The position numbers and the translations under genes are program-made. The notes below the pieces were generated by a model, which ran no database searches, was not told where the DNA came from, and saw only the letters and a list, made by a program, of their open reading frames with translations. 64,000 nt of DNA from an uncultured Gemmatimonadaceae bacterium. Its GTDB lineage: Bacteria; Gemmatimonadota; Gemmatimonadetes; Gemmatimonadales; Gemmatimonadaceae. Of the stretch, positions 21,764-32,003 are shown in pieces. The stretch spans positions 608,001 through 672,000 of the forward strand of contig CAVXGK010000001.1 in assembly GCA_963761305.1 (NCBI GenBank). Direction: 5' to 3'. Position 1 is the stretch's first letter, and the number at the start of each line of letters is the position of its first letter.

Positions 21764-24526
21764 CTACGACGCCGCCGGCGACCGCTCCCTCTTCACGAAC
21801 GACTGCTGCGCCGAGTCGCCGGCCCGTTCGCGCGATTCGTAGTTGCCGTCGGGCCGCAGCTCCCACGCGGTCGGATCATCGAGGTACAGCGCGAGGATGT
21901 CGTCGAGTCGGCGGCGATGGTCGGCGGAATCGATCGGCACGAGCACCTCGACTCGCCGCCGCAGATTTCGCGGCCGGAGGTCTGCCGAGCCGATGAAGTA
22001 CCGCGGCGTGCCGCCGTTCGCGAAGCGATAGATCCGCGAGTGCTCGAGGAACCGCCCGACGATCGACGACACGCGGATCCGCTCGCTGCGCCCGGGAATC
22101 CCCGGACGGAGCGTGCAGATTCCGCGCACCACGAGATCGATCTCCACTCCGTCGCTCGACGCGCGATACAGCGCGCGTGCGACGTCGGGGTCCGAGAGTC
22201 CGTTGATCTTCGCCGTGATTCGTGCCGGGCGGCCCGCTCGCGCGTGCGCCGCTTCGCGATCGATTTGTTCGATGATGCCCGGCAACAGATGCTGGGGCGC
22301 GACGAGCAACGACCGTTTGGTGCGGCGCGGAGCCGCCGACACGCCGGTCAGTTCGTTGAACAGATCGGCGACGTCGTCCGCGATCTCGTCGTTCGTCGTG
22401 AACAGGCTCAGATCGGTGTACTGCTCGCCCGATCGCGTGTTGTAATTCCCGGTGCCGATGTGCACGTAGCGCTTGAGCGCTCCCGCCGCGCCGCCCGGGT
22501 CACGCCGGACGACCAGCGTCACCTTCGCGTGGTTCTTGAAGCCGACGATGCCGCGAACGACGTGGCCGCCCGCCGCCTCGAGCGCGCGCGCCCACCCGAC
22601 GTTGACCTCCTCGTCGAAGCGCGCCTTGAGCTCCACGAACACGGTGACCGCCTTGCCCCCTCTTGCCGCGGCGAGCAACGCATCGGCGATCGGCGACGGA
22701 GTGCCGATGCGATACAGCGTCATCTTGATCGCCGCCACGTCCGGATCGGCCGACGCTTCGCGCAGGAACCGCACGACGGTCTCGCCGAACGAATCGAATG
22801 GATGATGCGCCAATACGTCTCCCGCGGCGAGCGCCGCGAAGACGGTCGCGTCAGCGGCGAAGGGCCGACCCGCCGCGAACGGCGGATACGACCCGTCGGC
22901 ACGCGCCGGAAACCGCAGATGCGTCACGCCACGCAGGTCCAACAGGCCATCGGTTTCATCCACGTCTGGCAAGGGTGGCGCGCCGGCCGCCGCTTGCTCG
23001 CGTCGCACGTTCTCGAGCAACAGCGCGCGCACGATCGCCGGCATTCCGCGTTCGACCTCGAGGCGCACCGCGACCCCCTGGCCGCGCGACGTTGTCGCCC
23101 GCTCGACTTCCTCGAGCAGGTCGTCGGCGTGCTCTTCGTCGAGCTCGATCTCCGCGCTCCGCGTCACGCGAAACGCGTACGCGTGTTCGACGGTGGCGTC
23201 CGGATACAACGCGTCGAGGTTGCCTCGGATGACTTCTTCGATCGGGACGAACGTTTTCGCGCCCTCGTTCTCGCCGCCCGCGGCGAAAAAGCGCGGCAGC
23301 GTCGCCGGTAGCTCGAGCTCCGCGAAGCGCGGCGGACCGCCGGCCCGCTGCCGGAGAATGACCGCCATCGAAAGCGACAGGTGTCCGAGGCGCGGCAATG
23401 GGTGGCCCGGACTCAGCGTCATGGCGAACGGCGTCAGGAGCGGCTGGATCTCATCGCGGAAACGATCGGCGAGCGCCGCCCGGCCCGCCTCCGGCAACGC
23501 CTCCCACGTCGCGACGTTGACTCCCATCGACGTCATCACCGCGCGACAACGGTCGAAGCAGACCGCCTGACGGGCGGAGATCGACGCGGCCGCTTCCGCA
23601 ACCGCCGCGACCTCCGCGGCGGCCGACAACCCGTCGTCGGCGCGCTCGCCGGGCTCGTCGCGAGTGGAGGCGAGCAGCCCGGCCATTCGCACCATGAAGA
23701 ACTCGTCCACGTTCGCGCCGACGATCGACAAAAATCGCAAACGTTCGCGAAGCGGCGTCGACTCGTCCTCGACCAGCGACAGCACGCGATGCTGGAACGC
23801 CAGCAGGCTCAACTCGGCGTTGAAGAATTCGGGTCCGTCGCCGTCGGACATCGGAACCGGTGCGCGCAGGAAGCGGTCGGAATACGCCGCGCCGCGCGGC
23901 ATGTCCTCGAGGCGCGCCCACTTGATTGCCAACTCCGCCCGCTCGTGCGTCGACACGGCGGACCGGCGAACGCCGTGATCCTGCTCGAGCGCGTGCTCGA
24001 GCAGCTGCAATTCGGACGCGTCGCCCCGCAGGCAATGCGCGCACATCTGATAGAATCGCGCGGCGGTTCCGTTGCGGCGCACGGTGACGCGATCCAGGTG
24101 CACGCTGAGCCGCGGCCGGCGCAACCAGTCGAGCGACGCGCGCCGCGTGAGGCGGTCCACCTCGAGATCGACGCGCACTTCGAGCAGCGACGGATCCACG
24201 ATGCCGCGAATCCGCTTCGACACGACGGTCTCCGCCGCCATCGCCGACTGCGCGTCGCCGGCCGCGACGCGCGCGTCGACGCGCGTCTCACCGCCGTCCG
24301 GTTCGCCGCCGGCGATCCGCAGGGAGAGCGCCGCGCCGCCTTTGGCGTCGAGCCGCAGCCGGCACACCACGCCTCGCCGACGGAGCGAATCGTCGACCGT
24401 GTCGAGATACAGATCGCGATGCAGCGAGCGACGCGCTTCGCCGGCGGCGATTCCCGGGGGCAACGGCCCTGAGGCGAGCGCGCCGAGTTGGTCAGCGGAC
24501 AGCAACTCGCACCGAAACTCGGTCAT
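21764..24526 (-). CDS. ppk1: Polyphosphate kinase 1 with N-terminal CYTH-like domain
   Basis: NAELSLLAF, ERLRFL, NVDEFFMVR, phospho-His HHPFDSF, ELKARFDEE, HAKV, GTGNYN, GRFLEHSR, SADLRPRNL. First ~200 aa carry DLYLDT.D..L...G..CRLR (CYTH). Confidence 0.93.
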   Translation of the reverse strand: MTEFRCELLSADQLGALASGPLPPGIAAGEARRSLHRDLYLDTVDDSLRRRGVVCRLRLDAKGGAALSLRIAGGEPDGGETRVDARVAAGDAQSAMAAETVVSKRIRGIVDPSLLEVRVDLEVDRLTRRASLDWLRRPRLSVHLDRVTVRRNGTAARFYQMCAHCLRGDASELQLLEHALEQDHGVRRSAVSTHERAELAIKWARLEDMPRGAAYSDRFLRAPVPMSDGDGPEFFNAELSLLAFQHRVLSLVEDESTPLRERLRFLSIVGANVDEFFMVRMAGLLASTRDEPGERADDGLSAAAEVAAVAEAAASISARQAVCFDRCRAVMTSMGVNVATWEALPEAGRAALADRFRDEIQPLLTPFAMTLSPGHPLPRLGHLSLSMAVILRQRAGGPPRFAELELPATLPRFFAAGGENEGAKTFVPIEEVIRGNLDALYPDATVEHAYAFRVTRSAEIELDEEHADDLLEEVERATTSRGQGVAVRLEVERGMPAIVRALLLENVRREQAAAGAPPLPDVDETDGLLDLRGVTHLRFPARADGSYPPFAAGRPFAADATVFAALAAGDVLAHHPFDSFGETVVRFLREASADPDVAAIKMTLYRIGTPSPIADALLAAARGGKAVTVFVELKARFDEEVNVGWARALEAAGGHVVRGIVGFKNHAKVTLVVRRDPGGAAGALKRYVHIGTGNYNTRSGEQYTDLSLFTTNDEIADDVADLFNELTGVSAAPRRTKRSLLVAPQHLLPGIIEQIDREAAHARAGRPARITAKINGLSDPDVARALYRASSDGVEIDLVVRGICTLRPGIPGRSERIRVSSIVGRFLEHSRIYRFANGGTPRYFIGSADLRPRNLRRRVEVLVPIDSADHRRRLDDILALYLDDPTAWELRPDGNYESRERAGDSAQQSFVKRERSPAAS

Positions 24527-24574
24527 GCCCGCATCATAGCCGCCCGGGGCGGGAGGCAGGAACCGGCGACTCGT

Positions 24575-25708
24575 TCAGCGCTTGCCGAGGCAAGCCTCGA
24601 CGATGTCGGATTTGGCGTTCTTCGGGTTGTCGATCGTCTTGTAGAACTCGTCGAGGTATTTGGTCGTCTCGTCGACGATCTTCGGCTGCAGCAGCGCACC
24701 GACTTTGTCGTGGTAGAGCGCGTAGATCGCGTCCTTCTTGGAGTCGAACAGCGCGAACGCCTTCGGGTATTCCGCGTCGGGAGCGCAATAGCCGCGATAC
24801 AGCCGGTCGCGAACGACATGGATCCGCAGGTGAGGGTCGGTGGTGGCGTAGCGTGCGTTCACCAGCCCGGAGAAATCGAAGTCCCGGGCGATCGGAATAG
24901 GATCTGTTCCGTCAGTCTTGGTGAACAACTCGATGTTGTGGAGTCCCGACACCGAAAAGTCGGTGTTCCCGATGAGATATTCGAAGACTCCCATCATGAC
25001 CATCGGACCGGGCTGCATGTCATCGGGCCCGGCGCCCTTGATGTCGAGAAGCTTGCCGCCGAGGCGGGCCGCCATGCGCCCGGGATCCTCGGAAATGAAG
25101 GCGTAGCGGGTCGTCAACGGTTTGCCGCTCGCGCTATCGACGTACGTGACGCGCAGCGCGCGAGCCGCGTGCGTGTTGTGCGTGATCGTCCAGTAGATCC
25201 GCCACGCCTGCAACTCCTGCAGCACGTACTGTTCGTACGTGTCGTCGTCGCGGCAGAAGTTGGTGAGCTTCGGCTTGTTCAACCCGGCGAAGATCGTCTT
25301 CTTCGTGTTGTCCTTGGAGAAGTCGAGCCGGATCGGCGGGAACTCGCAGTGATTGAGACGCCAGATGCCGTGCGTCTTGAGCTTGAGCGACAGCACCTCC
25401 GGCGCCGACGCGCCGGGCGGCGTGTATGCGATCGTCGCGTCGCGCCACGGTGCCTGGTCGTCCTTGTCGCCGCGGATGCGCTTGATGTTCAACGTCAGCG
25501 TGATCGGCAGCGGATCTTCGCTGGCGAAGAACTTGGAGAGCGGCGCCGTGTCGTCGGGCGCCCGATCGGGCTTCGCCGCTTTGGGCTTCTTCGTCGTTCC
25601 CTGCTGCTGCTGGCCGACGGCGGGCTGCATGGCGCACAGCCCCGCGCCGATGGCGAGGAGCGCGGAAGCCGCCCACAGTCGCCAAGGAACGCCTCGATGC
25701 TCGATCAC
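24575..25708 (-). CDS. Secreted atypical kinase-like protein (CotH-like)
   Basis: Signal peptide; KTHG..R, KPKL, QELQAWRIY, FISED, IGNTDF...HNIEL...PIARDFDFS follow the CotH-type motif order. GTG start inferred. Confidence 0.6.
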   Translation of the reverse strand: MIEHRGVPWRLWAASALLAIGAGLCAMQPAVGQQQQGTTKKPKAAKPDRAPDDTAPLSKFFASEDPLPITLTLNIKRIRGDKDDQAPWRDATIAYTPPGASAPEVLSLKLKTHGIWRLNHCEFPPIRLDFSKDNTKKTIFAGLNKPKLTNFCRDDDTYEQYVLQELQAWRIYWTITHNTHAARALRVTYVDSASGKPLTTRYAFISEDPGRMAARLGGKLLDIKGAGPDDMQPGPMVMMGVFEYLIGNTDFSVSGLHNIELFTKTDGTDPIPIARDFDFSGLVNARYATTDPHLRIHVVRDRLYRGYCAPDAEYPKAFALFDSKKDAIYALYHDKVGALLQPKIVDETTKYLDEFYKTIDNPKNAKSDIVEACLGKR

Positions 25709-25749
25709 GTGATCTCCCGCGCGGATGAGGTGGAGAGACAGCGGGTACG

Positions 25750-26790
25750 CTACAACAGCTCGGCCTCGACCATGTTCCTTCCACCGGCGACGCGCAGCAA
25801 CGCCAGCAGCTCGTCGGGGCCACTTTTCTTTTTCGGCATAATGACGTAGTCGATCACCGTCGTGCCGTCGTCGGAATCCGCCAGCGCGGCGAGCTCCCAT
25901 TTCTTGGTCGCGTCGTCGAGCCGCGCCTCGAGCACCGGCTGGGTCATCATCGGCTCGGTGATCCGCACGCGAATCCGGCATTCCACCTTGTCGCCGTCAC
26001 GCTCCTCGGCGTCCGGGCTGTGCTCGCGAGCGCGGCGCCACGCGCGCTGGGCGATGCCCTCGAGCTGCTCGGAGGTCATCTCGCTCAGCACCTCGTCTTC
26101 GATGCGCGCCACGAAGGTGCCCGTCCGCGCCAATTCGCGGGCGCGCTGGAGTCGCCGCTCGCCGAGCTTGCCGTCGAGCGCCACCGGCGTGCGACCGAAA
26201 TCCGCGGTCCACAGCGCGAAGATGAGCGCGTTGAAGGCGACCGAGATCACCGCCGCCACGGGAAGGTCCACGGCGGCGGCGATGCCAAGTCCCATCATCA
26301 GGAAGATGTAGGCGGCGTCCTTGCTGTCGTCCAACGTGTTTCGGAATCGAACCGCCGCCGCGATGCCGCCCAGGCTGAAGGCCAGCGGGAGGCTGTACTT
26401 CACCATCGCGACGATGCCCGCGACGACGACCGGCAGCACGATGAGAAGTTGAACGACCGATTGCTGATAACCGCGGCGCGACCGAGTCAGCGTGTACACC
26501 CAGGCGACCGGCAGCGACAGCAGCGCCGAGCCGAGCATCGCCAGCGCCACCGTCGCCGCCAGCGTTCCCTGTCCGACTTCGGGGAGAATGACGTTCTTGC
26601 CGGTGCTCCGGACCGCGTCCGGACCGGTTCCGAACAGCGCGTCGAGCGACGTGTCGGTGATGACGTGCGTGCGCGGCAGATACCGCCACGCCAGCGCGCC
26701 GGCGACCGCCAGCCCGATGTAGTAGAGGATGACCCTCAGTATGACTCTGTTGGCGGGCGTTGCGGCTGGCGCAACCGTCCTCGTAGCCAT
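25750..26790 (-). CDS. DUF4956-like membrane protein
   Basis: Multi-TM; AFSLGGIAAAVRFRNTLDDSKDAAYIFLMMGLGIA matches the DUF4956 signature; soluble C-terminal domain. Confidence 0.8.
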   Translation of the reverse strand: MATRTVAPAATPANRVILRVILYYIGLAVAGALAWRYLPRTHVITDTSLDALFGTGPDAVRSTGKNVILPEVGQGTLAATVALAMLGSALLSLPVAWVYTLTRSRRGYQQSVVQLLIVLPVVVAGIVAMVKYSLPLAFSLGGIAAAVRFRNTLDDSKDAAYIFLMMGLGIAAAVDLPVAAVISVAFNALIFALWTADFGRTPVALDGKLGERRLQRARELARTGTFVARIEDEVLSEMTSEQLEGIAQRAWRRAREHSPDAEERDGDKVECRIRVRITEPMMTQPVLEARLDDATKKWELAALADSDDGTTVIDYVIMPKKKSGPDELLALLRVAGGRNMVEAELL

Positions 26791-26885
26791 GCGCGGACGT
26801 CCCGAGTTCGGGGAGGCGAGACTAGCGCCCCAAAAATCGCCACCGACGCCGCCGTCCGCTAGCTCACGAGGTCGTTATTTCGCCC

Positions 26886-27461
26886 TTAACCCGACGGCGG
26901 CCGCGCTCCGCGGCCGGATCCGCCGCTCTTCCGCGCATCCTCATCCTCGATTCTCTGTTCTGCTGCCGCCTCCAGCGCGTGCGCCTGGTCCAACTGCTTC
27001 GACGACAAGAGCGCGTAGGCCTGATCGCGACCCGACGCGTTGTTTTCCCGAACCGCCGCGGTCACGTCGCGCACGAGCGAATGCGCCTCGTTCAATGAAT
27101 CCCGGCGCTCGGCGCTCCCTTCGCTGAACACGGGGCCGTTCTTGAACAGCCGCTGGACCGAGTCGAGCTTGCGCAACAACGGCGAGTTGGTGGAGTCGAG
27201 CGTGCGCTTGATGGCGATGACGCGCATGAACTGCGTGTCCGACAGCGCGAGGTCCTGCCGGTGTTGGACGAGCAGGTTGACGGCATTCACGACTTCGGGG
27301 ATGTCGACCCCCGCCGCTCGTGGAAGCGCCGACGCGCCGCGGTTGCTCCCGCCCCGGCCGCCGCGGCCCATTCCCCCCTGTGCGGCCGCCGCGTCCGGCG
27401 ACGCGCTGACCAGCGCAACCGCCAGCATGATCGCGCTCGACACCGACCTGTAGCTCACCAT
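26886..27461 (-). CDS. Secreted Spy/CpxP-like helical protein
   Basis: Signal peptide, GRGG segment, LALSDTQ and LLSSKQ LTXXQ-like motifs. Confidence 0.65.
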   Translation of the reverse strand: MVSYRSVSSAIMLAVALVSASPDAAAAQGGMGRGGRGGSNRGASALPRAAGVDIPEVVNAVNLLVQHRQDLALSDTQFMRVIAIKRTLDSTNSPLLRKLDSVQRLFKNGPVFSEGSAERRDSLNEAHSLVRDVTAAVRENNASGRDQAYALLSSKQLDQAHALEAAAEQRIEDEDARKSGGSGRGARPPSG

Positions 27462-27568
27462 TTCCGCGCCTTTGTGAACCGAAGAACAAACACACCCGTG
27501 CCACCATGAATGACACGGGTGCGCCCGACTGCCCCGACCCGGCTCGGCCGCTACAGCTCGTACGGCTG

Positions 27569-27919
27569 CTACTGCACCAGGACAGACCCCGTCTGCCCAT
27601 GGATGGTACAGCTGTACGCGAACGTTCCCGCCGTGCCGAACGTCCGGCTGAACGTAGCGCCTCCCGTCAGATTCGCCGAAGCCGTATCCGCGAACGTGAC
27701 GTTGTGCGCGGTGCCCCCGGAATTCCAGGTCCACGTGACCGTGGTGCCGACCGGAACTTGGATGTTGGCCGGATCAAAGAAGTCGTTTCCGACGGAAACC
27801 TGATTGGTCTGCACGGGCGGACCCGACGCCCCCCCACCACTCGGACTTGTCGAGTCACTGCCGCACGCGGCAACCGCAACGATCGCGGTGATCGCGAAAA
27901 GAGCCCAAACCTTACGCAT
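27569..27919 (-). CDS. Plastocyanin/cupredoxin-like lipoprotein
   Basis: VAAC lipobox; FDPANIQVPVGTTVTW, AHNV, YSCTIH copper motifs. Confidence 0.87.
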   Translation of the reverse strand: MRKVWALFAITAIVAVAACGSDSTSPSGGGASGPPVQTNQVSVGNDFFDPANIQVPVGTTVTWTWNSGGTAHNVTFADTASANLTGGATFSRTFGTAGTFAYSCTIHGQTGSVLVQ

Positions 27920-28016
27920 GTCCCTCTCCCGATGATTGAAGACGACACCCTCTTCGATATCCACGCATCGGGAGGCGGGTTCCGGACTTCACGAATCGGC
28001 GGTCAAGATCCGGCAA

Positions 28017-29354
28017 TCAGGTGAAGAGATCTTCGCGCGTCGGCGGCAGGTTGGTTTTGCCGCGGCAGGGCTTCGACAGCAGCGTTTGCAGAACGTTCAA
28101 GTCGCCGCGCGCGAACCCGCGTTCCGCCGCCGTCATGTAGAGCTGCCACACGCGAAATGCCGGCTCGCCGACGAGCGCGATGGCGCGATGCCGGCACCGG
28201 TCGAGCCTCGCGATCCATTCGCCGAGCGTTCGCGCGTAGTGCTCACGAAGGCTCTCCACGTCGCGCGTTTCAAACCCCACGGCTTCGGCCGCGGAAACCA
28301 CGGCGTGAAACGGCCCGAGTTTCCCGTCCGGAAATACGTACTGGTCGATGAATGCGTCGGCCCGCCAGAGTCGACGTAGCACGGACTCGCGCCAACCCAT
28401 CGGATGCGCCGCTTGCACGCTCACGATCCCGTGATTGAGAAAGAGTCCACCCGGAACGAGCGCGCCGAACGCCGACGCGAAGTAGTCCGCGAGGTGATCC
28501 ACGCCGACGTGCTCGACCATGCCGACGCTCGCCATCTTGTCGAACGGCCCGAGCGCGGCGACGTCGCGATAGTCGCGCAGTTCGACGCGGCACGAGTCCG
28601 ACAGGCCGGCTGCGTCGATGCGCTCCCTGGCGAGCTCGGCCTGTTGCGTACTCAGCGTGACGCCCGTCGCGCGCACGCCGTAGTGCGACGTCGCGTGCAG
28701 CAGGAGCGCCCCCCAACCACATCCGATGTCGAGGAATCGTTCGCCGGGTTGGAGTCGCAGCTTTCGGCAGACGAGATCGAGTTTCGCCTCCTGAGCCTCG
28801 TCGAGCGTGTCGTCGTCGTGCTGGAAATAGGCGCACGAATACACAAGGCGCCGGTCGAGCCATAGCTGGTAGAACTCATTGCCGACGTCGTAGTGGTAGC
28901 TGATCGCCGCGCGATCGCGCGACGGGTCGTGCTTGTTCCCCGCCGGCGTCACCTTCGCCGCCGCACGCCGGCCGCGCACGTCGGTCTTCCCGTTTCGATG
29001 CGGGCTTGGGAGCGACAACAGGTCGCGCGTCAGCGACAGCAGCGCTCGCGCCGAGGAGAGTCGTCGCTTGATCGCTTCACCCAGGGCGACGGCCGCCGCG
29101 AGCTGGCCCTCCACGTCGACCACGCCGGACAAATAGGCTTCGACGATCGAGAGCTCGCTGGGCGGCAGCAGCATCTGCCGCAAGGCCGACGGCGTTCTGA
29201 GGACGAGCGTAAACGGAGCCGGGTCGATCCCGGCCTCCTCGACGGTTCCGTCCCAGTAGCGCACGCCGAACGCGCGCTCGACCGGGGGACCGAACAGTAT
29301 GCCGACGGCGTGCTGGCTACGTGGAAGTGCCGATCCCGCGTCGTGCCGATCCAC
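28017..29354 (-). CDS. cfa: Cyclopropane-fatty-acyl-phospholipid synthase family methyltransferase
   Basis: ISYHYDVGNEFY, YSCAYF, LDIGCGWG, SVGMVEHVG, FIDQYVFP, REHYARTL. Start uncertain. Confidence 0.9.
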   Translation of the reverse strand: MDRHDAGSALPRSQHAVGILFGPPVERAFGVRYWDGTVEEAGIDPAPFTLVLRTPSALRQMLLPPSELSIVEAYLSGVVDVEGQLAAAVALGEAIKRRLSSARALLSLTRDLLSLPSPHRNGKTDVRGRRAAAKVTPAGNKHDPSRDRAAISYHYDVGNEFYQLWLDRRLVYSCAYFQHDDDTLDEAQEAKLDLVCRKLRLQPGERFLDIGCGWGALLLHATSHYGVRATGVTLSTQQAELARERIDAAGLSDSCRVELRDYRDVAALGPFDKMASVGMVEHVGVDHLADYFASAFGALVPGGLFLNHGIVSVQAAHPMGWRESVLRRLWRADAFIDQYVFPDGKLGPFHAVVSAAEAVGFETRDVESLREHYARTLGEWIARLDRCRHRAIALVGEPAFRVWQLYMTAAERGFARGDLNVLQTLLSKPCRGKTNLPPTREDLFT

Positions 29355-29574
29355 GTCGCTATCGCCTGAGCGATCGCATGATTTCGATATCGCGTTTGCG
29401 CGGTGGTGTCGCAAGACACAGCACATGGTGGACCAACGTCACCGGCGGGCGGACCGGACGGCAATCGTCGCGTGCGCTTCCGCTCGCCTGGATGGAGCGG
29501 GCGCATCCCCTTCCCGCGCACGCGGCAGCGATCCAGAATTGAGCCGTTCCCCTCGTGCCCAATCAGGAGGCCCG

Positions 29575-31647
29575 ATGCGCGTGCTCCGCTCACTAGTCGC
29601 GGTCAGTTTCGCCGCGATTCCGGTCATCACCGTTCCGATCGCGCTGCGCGCACAGATGGCCGCGTCGCAGCATTCCAACCGTATCGCCCTCGACCAGTAC
29701 CTCGATTGGGAAGAGGTGCAGGCACCCCAGCTCTCCCCCGACGGGTCTCAGATCCTGTTCGGGCGGCGCTGGGTCGACAAGATGAACGACAAATGGGAGT
29801 CGTCGATCTGGCTCATGAACGCCGACGGCTCACATCAGCGTTCTCTCGTGCAAGGATCCGACGTGCATTGGTCGCCCGACGGCAAGCGCGTCGCGTACGT
29901 CGGCAAAGGCGAGCCGAGTGGACAGCAGATCTTCGTGCGATGGATGGACGCCGAGGGCGCCGTCACGCAGATCTCCCACCTCACCGAAAGCCCGGCGAGC
30001 CTCGAGTGGTCGCCCGACGGCAAGACGATCGCCTTCACGATGAACGTGCCGGTGAAGGAGTCGTGGCGCATCGCCATGCCGACGCCGCCGAAGGGCGCGA
30101 AGTGGATCGAGGCGCCGAAGATCGTCACGCGGCTCAACTACAGATCCGATCGCATCGGCTACACCGACGACGCGTATCGCCACATCTTCGTGATCCCCGC
30201 CGACGGCGGCACGCCGCGACAGATCACGAACGGCGACTGGAACCACTCGGCGCCGGCGTTCTCGGCCGACGGCAAATGGATCGCGTTCTCGGGACTTCGC
30301 GAACCGAACGCCGAGAACTTCTTCCGCAAGTCGGAGATCTACGCGGCGAATCTCGAGACGGGCGAGATCAAGCAGATCACGCATCGTCCCGGCGCGAACA
30401 CCGCGCCGGTCTACTCGCCCGACGGCAAGTCGATCGCGTTCATGTCGGCCGACTCGGTCGATCACTCGGCGTGGGCCGAGACGAAGCTGTGGGTGATGAA
30501 CGCCGACGGCTCGGGCGCGCATGTCCTCTCGGGAACTCTCGACCGGCCGATCTCCGCCGCGTCGTGGTCGCCCGACGGATCGGGCGTGTACTTCGACGTC
30601 GAGAGCGAAGGGTCGAAGAACCTCTACTTCGCGACGACGTCCGGCCAGTTCCACCCCGTCACCGCCGGCAAGCAGGTGTTGACGGTGGCCGCCGTCGGAA
30701 AGACGGGCGCCGCGGTCGGCATTCGCTCGACGCCGGTGAAGCCGAACGACGTCGTGTCGTTCACCGTGCCGAAGACAGGCACCGTTTCGACGTTCACGCA
30801 GCTCACCGCGGTGAACGACGACGTGCTCGCCGGCAAGGAGCTCGCGCAGACCGAGGAGATCTGGTACACGTCGAAGGACGGACTCAAGATCCAGGGATGG
30901 GTCGTGAAGCCCCCGGGGTTCGACGCGTCCAAGAAGTATCCGCTCATCCTCGACATTCACGGCGGCCCGCAGTCGATGTACAACGTCGCGTTCAGCTTCG
31001 CGCGGCAGGACCACGCGGCGAACGGCTACGTCGTGCTCTACACGAACCCGCGCGGCAGCACGGGGTACGGCGAGAAGTTCACCAACGAGATCAGGAACGC
31101 GTATCCGGGCAAGGACTTCGATGACCTGATGGCCGGCGTCGACACCGTCGTGGGCCGCGGATACATCGACACGAAGAACATGTTCGTGTACGGCTGCTCG
31201 GGCGGCGGCGTGCTCACGGCGTGGACGGTCGGCCACACGAATCGGTTCGCCGCGGCCGCGTCGCTCTGCCCGGTGATCGACTGGATCAGCTTCGTCGGCG
31301 AGACCGACGGCGCCGGCTGGTACGAGAACTTCGAGAAGCCGTTCTGGGAAGACCCGAGCGAGTATCTCAAGCGCTCACCGATCATGTACGTCGGCAACAT
31401 CAAGACGCCGACGATGCTCATGACGGGCGTGCTCGATCTGCGCACGCCGATCCCGCAGATCGAAGAGTTCTATCGCGCGCTCAAGATGCACGGCACGCCG
31501 ACGGTGATGATCCGCATGAACAACGAATACCACGGCACCTCGAGCACCCCGTCGAACTTCCTGCGCACGCAGCTGTACGTGCGCGGCTGGTTCGAGAAAT
31601 ACGGAACGCTGCATTCCGGCGTGGTGACGACCACCCAGGATCGCTAG
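29575..31647 (+). CDS. S9 family peptidase (acylaminoacyl/dipeptidyl aminopeptidase)
   Basis: Signal peptide, WSPDG propeller repeats, IHGGP, NPRGSTGYG, GCSGGG nucleophile, D and H of the triad. Confidence 0.93.
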   Translation: MRVLRSLVAVSFAAIPVITVPIALRAQMAASQHSNRIALDQYLDWEEVQAPQLSPDGSQILFGRRWVDKMNDKWESSIWLMNADGSHQRSLVQGSDVHWSPDGKRVAYVGKGEPSGQQIFVRWMDAEGAVTQISHLTESPASLEWSPDGKTIAFTMNVPVKESWRIAMPTPPKGAKWIEAPKIVTRLNYRSDRIGYTDDAYRHIFVIPADGGTPRQITNGDWNHSAPAFSADGKWIAFSGLREPNAENFFRKSEIYAANLETGEIKQITHRPGANTAPVYSPDGKSIAFMSADSVDHSAWAETKLWVMNADGSGAHVLSGTLDRPISAASWSPDGSGVYFDVESEGSKNLYFATTSGQFHPVTAGKQVLTVAAVGKTGAAVGIRSTPVKPNDVVSFTVPKTGTVSTFTQLTAVNDDVLAGKELAQTEEIWYTSKDGLKIQGWVVKPPGFDASKKYPLILDIHGGPQSMYNVAFSFARQDHAANGYVVLYTNPRGSTGYGEKFTNEIRNAYPGKDFDDLMAGVDTVVGRGYIDTKNMFVYGCSGGGVLTAWTVGHTNRFAAAASLCPVIDWISFVGETDGAGWYENFEKPFWEDPSEYLKRSPIMYVGNIKTPTMLMTGVLDLRTPIPQIEEFYRALKMHGTPTVMIRMNNEYHGTSSTPSNFLRTQLYVRGWFEKYGTLHSGVVTTTQDR

Positions 31648-31673
31648 ACCCTGGCGCACTCTCCCACAGCGCG

Positions 31674-31714
31674 TGCGGGACCGCGGCCGCTCCGGCCACG
31701 GTCCCGCATTTTTT
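31674..31714 (+). terminator. Intrinsic terminator
   Basis: TGCGGGACCGCGGCCG-CTC-CGGCCACGGTCCCGCA-TTTTTT. Confidence 0.85.
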
Positions 31715-32003
31715 CCCGCCGCCAAGCAAGTCGACTCGGCGAGCCGAGGGTAAATCGTCCGGTAGCATCCGTCGTCTCCTCGCCTCCGATCGGTTGACGT
31801 GCGTCCAGCCGCTTGGCTCGGCGGCTCTCACGAGCACCCATCGAGCGCTTCCCGGCGCTGATTCGACGACGTCCTGCACTCACTCCACCGCGACGCGAAT
31901 TCATGTGGAGAATCCCGGGATGCCGGCGTCGCGCGCTGCGCGCAACCATCCAACAACTCCACTTCGTTTTCAACTTCCCCGCGAAAACTCGCTGTCACCC
32001 CGA

